The notes under the pieces are model-generated. The model searched no databases. It was given only the letters and a program-made list of their open reading frames with translations, and had not been told where the DNA came from. Below, in pieces: positions 59,802-64,000 of a stretch of DNA of 64,000 bases. A program made the translations under genes and the position numbers. Numbering within the stretch: position 1 is the first letter of the stretch; the number at the start of each line of letters is the position of its first letter. Source of the DNA: Chiloscyllium plagiosum (Eukaryota); NCBI RefSeq assembly GCF_004010195.1, contig NC_057718.1, forward strand, positions 85,698,283-85,762,282. Reading direction: 5' to 3'.

Positions 59802-60574
59802 CTTTTAAACACTGTCATTGAGAGTCACATGAATGGAAACAGGATGTATGGATCCCAATTCTAGATCATCAACCAACAGTAGTGGCTGTGGATGATTCCT
59901 CCTAAACTTCCATCATACAGGTTGTGAGAGCACAGAAAACCTACCCAACACAGAGGTCCACCATTTGGGATAAATGGGTTGAATAGGCATGGAAGGGAGT
60001 TCATGTTGTGACTTATCAGACTGTTAATCGGACCATAAACATTTCAAATTTCACTCTGCTTTTCCAAAAGAACACTTTGGAGACACAAAAAATAATCAAG
60101 CTGCCATCCTGTGATATTATTAATCAGTTTATGAAGGTATAAAGTCAACAGAAGCTTAGTTTGCACAGCACACCCAGGGCTGGAATTGAGAAGGCAATTG
60201 AAAACCCATCTAAGTTTGGCAAAAGTTAATAAGCCATGTGTATCAATCTAAAATATTTGACCTGATTGGTTCAAGTGAACCTCGAGAGATTTCAGATTGA
60301 TCACTGATGTAACGTGTTAGAGTATTATTGAAGTGGCTCATATAGGATTATAAATGCTTTCTCCAAAAAAACAGATATGGAACCATGCAATAGTGGAGAG
60401 TTAATTTACTTTGGCTGCACGATGAAATGGAAAGGATATTTGAAAACAGAACAATTTGATTTGCATCCATGACTGAAGTTTTTCTCTGAGAAGATGTTTT
60501 ATAGTTTATCTGTAAATTCTGGGCCACACAACACCACTGCAAACATTGGTAACTAGTCATTTTTTTAAAAAAAC

Positions 60575-60672
60575 AAAAACAGAAGTTGCTGGAAACGCCT
60601 CAGCAGGTCTGGCAGCAGCTGTGTAGAGAAATGAAAGTTAATGCTTTGGGTTCAGTGACCTTTGCTCAGGAG
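60575..60672 (-). mobile_element. Degenerate Penelope pLTR fragment (family A-related)
   Basis: gaagttgctggaaa...cagcaggtctggcagca...gttaatgctttgggttcagtgacctttgctcagga, with an eroded hammerhead. Confidence 0.55.
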
Positions 60673-60935
60673 TGTTTTTCAAATCCTTTTTGAGATGTGG
60701 CATTTATTATCGATCCTTACTTGCTAATATTGGTGTCATAGAGTCATCCTTCACATACCTAATGGGCTTTACACAAAATAACATAAAATGTTTTAATTAA
60801 TTATGTGGTTACAGGACAGGAACAGGCAATTCAAGCAAACAGGCCTTTGCTCTGTTTATGCTTTGCCTCTGCCTCCCCACATTCTTCCTCATGTCTCCCT
60901 ATTAGTGAATCCTTATACGTCTTTCCCCCTTGTAT

Positions 60936-62032
60936 AATAAGACCATAAGACATAGGAGTGGAGGTAAGGCCATTTGGCCCATCGCGTCCACTCCGCCATT
61001 CAATCATGGCTGATGAGCATTTCAACTCCACTTACCCGCATTCTTCCCGTAGCCCTTAATTCCTTGTGACATCAAGAATTTATCAATCTCTGCCTTGAAG
61101 ACATTTAGCGTCCCGGCCTCCACTGCACTCTGTGGCAATGAATTCCACAGGCCCACCACTCTCTGACTGAAGAAATGTCTCCGCATTTCTGTCCTGAATT
61201 GGCCCCCTCTAATTCTAAGGCTGTGTTCATGGGTCCTAGTCTCCTCGCCTAACGGAAACAATTTCCTAGCGTCCACCCTTTCCAAGCCATGTATTATCTT
61301 GTAAGTTTCTATTAGATCTCCCCTTCTAAACTCCAATGAATACAATCCCAGGATCCTCAGCTGTTCCTCGTATGTTAGACCAACCATTCCAGGGATCATC
61401 CGTGTGAATCTCCGCTGGACACGCTCCAGTGCCAGTATGTCCTTCCTGAGGTGTGGGGACCAAAACTGGACACAGTACTCCAAATGGGGCCTAACCAGAG
61501 CTTTACAAAGTCTCAGTAGCACAACGGTGTTTTTATATTCCAACCTTCTTGAGATAATTGACAACATTACATTTGCTATCTTAATCACGGATTCAACCTG
61601 CATGTTTACCTTTAGAGAATTCTCGACTAGCACTCCCAGATCCCTTTGGACTTTGGCTTTATGAATTTTCTCACCGTTTAGAAAGTAGTCCATGCTCCTA
61701 TTCTTTTTTCTAAAGTGCAAGACCTCGCATTTGCTCACATTGAATTCCATCAGCCATTTCCTGGACCACTCTCCCAAATTGTCTAGATCCTTCTGCAACC
61801 TCCCCACTTCCTCAGTACTACCTGCCTGTCCACCTAACTTCGTATCTTCGGCAATCTTCACTAGAATGCCCCCAGTCCCTTCATCCAGATCATTAATATA
61901 TAACGTGAACAGCTGTGGCCTCAACACTGAACCCTGCAGGACACCACTTGTCACCGGCTGCCATTCCAAAAAAGAACTTTTTATCCCAACTCTCTGCCTT
62001 CTGTCAGACAGCCAATTCTCAATCCATACCAG
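60936..62032 (-). mobile_element. 5'-truncated CR1 with 315-aa open RT C-terminal frame
   Basis: ORF 61022..61969 has VTSGVLQGSVLRPQLFTLYINDL...[14 protein letters not shown]...WNSLPQ. Tail taagaccataagacatag. Confidence 0.95.
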
Positions 62033-62964
62033 CTTAGCCTCCTTTTAACTTCATCTTCCTGCATTCAAGAATTGAACTTGGCCTTTGAATCCTTAATAAT
62101 GAAAGTTAGAATTCTAAAAGATCTGCAGATCCACGTTCAAAAATCAATTTGCTTCAACATTAAGTGGCAGATTTATTACATTTGCTCTGATGTGTGACCT
62201 CCAAAAAGGAATTGCATATATATCTGGATTAGCTGGATCTTCGTTATGAACTGGCTTGATAGACTTTCAAAAAACGGAATGTGTGGAAGAATAATTGTCA
62301 GGGTTCTATTGTAAAATCAAATGCAACTTACACAAACCTGAACATAAGCAATAACGACTAATGTATATATTGAACAGGTTTTGGAACTGATTCTAAACCA
62401 ATACACTATATATACAATTTAGACTCTAATATTCTGGATATACATGAGGCAAATATGGGTTAATAGACAAACTGTGGCTGAACACTCCTCAGACTGCACT
62501 TTAAATGGCTAATATTTCAAGGCAGATCCTACCCAAACATATTGGTCACAAATCACCAATAAAGTTCTGTCTCATTTGCAAGGGATTCCAAGTCTTCAGT
62601 TGGAAGATCCATCCTTGGAATGTTTTGATGGTTTGATCTCTTATTTCAAGCCTCAGTTCTCCAAGACTCCTGAGTCTACTCCCAAAAGTCTAAATACCAA
62701 CAAAATGTCAGCTTTTATTCAACATCTGCTTTATCAGGTGTCTCTAAGTTTCTTTAAACTCTAATCTTTCTCTATCTACACCAAGCAAATACAGCTTGTG
62801 GGCTTCCTTCATTGCCCTCTCAATTGTACTGAACTTTCAATGGCTTCCAGGGATTTGTTTTAGCCCGATCTTTCTATATGGCAAGGTGGCACAATTCCCT
62901 TTGACTTCTCTTGAGCTTTAATTGCATAGTCGCTAAAACTCTTATGCTTAGTAGGCACTTTGCA

Positions 62965-63945
62965 TCCTCACTTCCCACACCTCGACCTTTGAGCTCCACC
63001 CCTTCAATTGCAACAAAAACTGAACCTTCCTGGTCCTCACCTTCCACCCCACCATCCTCCAGATCCAACGTATCATCCTCCACCATTTCTGCCACCTACA
63101 AACAGATTCTACCACCAGAAATATATTTCCCTCCCCATTCCTCTCTGCATTCCACAGAGACCATTCCCTCTATGACTCCCTTGTCCAAGCCCACCACCAA
63201 CCCACCCACCACTCCTGGCACCTTCCCCTGCCACTGCAAGAGGTGTAAAGCCTGCGTCCACACCTCCCACCTCACCTCCATCTAAGGCCCCAAAGGATCC
63301 AAAGGATCCTTCCATATCCAGCAGAGATTTTCCTGCACCTCCAAACACCTCATCTACTGTGTCCATGACTCTTGAGGTGGTCTCTTCTACATTAGGGAGA
63401 CAGGATGCCAACTTGTGGAATGTTTCAGAGAACATCTCTGGGATACATGCACTAAACATCCCCACCGCCTTGTGGCCGAACACTTCAACACCCTCTCCTA
63501 CTCCGCCAAGGACATGCAAGTCCTGGGCCTCCTCCACAACCAAATTCTAGCCACCCGATGCCTGGAGGAAGAGAGCCTCAGATTCCGCCTTGGGACACAT
63601 GGGATCAATGTTGATTTCACTAGTTTCCTCATCTCCCTTCCCCCACCTTATCACAGATCCAACTCTCAAACTTGGCACCGCCCTCTTGAATTGTCCTACC
63701 TGTCCATCTTCCTTCCCACCTATCTGCTCCACTCTCCATTCTGACGTATCACCATCACCCCCACCTTCATCGACCTATTGTATTTCCAGCCGCCTTTCGC
63801 CCAACCCCATCCCCCCTCCCATTTATCTCTCAGCCCCCTTGGGCCTCCCCACATTCATGATGAAGAGCTTATGCTCAAAATGTCGACTCACCTGCTCCTC
63901 AGATGCTGCCTGACCTACTGTGCTTTTCCAGCACCACACGTTTGG
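62965..63945 (+). mobile_element. Penelope-like element 3' part (family A): GIY-YIG remnant plus pLTR with decayed hammerhead
   Basis: PGTFPCHCKRCKAC; FSCTSKHLIYCV..LFYIRETG; ECFREHL...VAEHFN...DMQVLGLLH. At 63853-63888: ttc-atgatga-a-gagc-ttat-gctc-aaaa-tgtc-gac. Confidence 0.9.
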
Positions 63946-64000
63946 ACTTTGCATGCTTCAGCAATTTCCCAGCTCCAAAACTTGCAATGAACTGATCTCC

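Noticed and set aside
61022..61969. 315-aa ORF as a domesticated gene
   Set aside because: A 5'-truncated CR1 with a damaged catalytic motif (IAEDTK for FADDTK) and a normal CR1 tail. The open frame reflects youth.

Overview
Eukaryotic, gene-poor and densely repetitive DNA from a cartilaginous fish. The HE1/V-SINE plus CR1(HER1)-type LINE landscape points to a shark; an orectolobiform/bamboo-shark-like draft assembly is my inference. There are three N gaps. I could not support any host protein-coding exon, tRNA gene or rRNA gene. Most of the window is nested retroelements: many 5'-truncated CR1 LINEs, one near-full-length CR1 (52879-56888) with ORF1, ORF2 and TSD, nine HE1 V-SINE copies or fragments (one expanded into an 18 x 53-bp minisatellite), old Deu-domain SINEs, a second tRNA-SINE with its partner CR1-group LINE, an RTE fragment, three solo-LTR-like elements and two Penelope-like elements (GIY-YIG, one with RT). 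The most interesting signal is a set of about a dozen minimal type-I hammerhead ribozyme motifs (CUGANGA-helix II-GAAA-palindrome-UH) from at least three sequence families. They sit in Penelope pseudo-LTRs and in tiny (89-290 bp) TSD-flanked non-autonomous inserts: a monomer, a 205-bp-period tandem (retrozyme-like) and fold-backs. Their 5' breakpoints repeatedly fall at the ribozyme core. Boundaries of old, degenerate repeats are approximate, and family names come from recalled consensus motifs, not from a database search.
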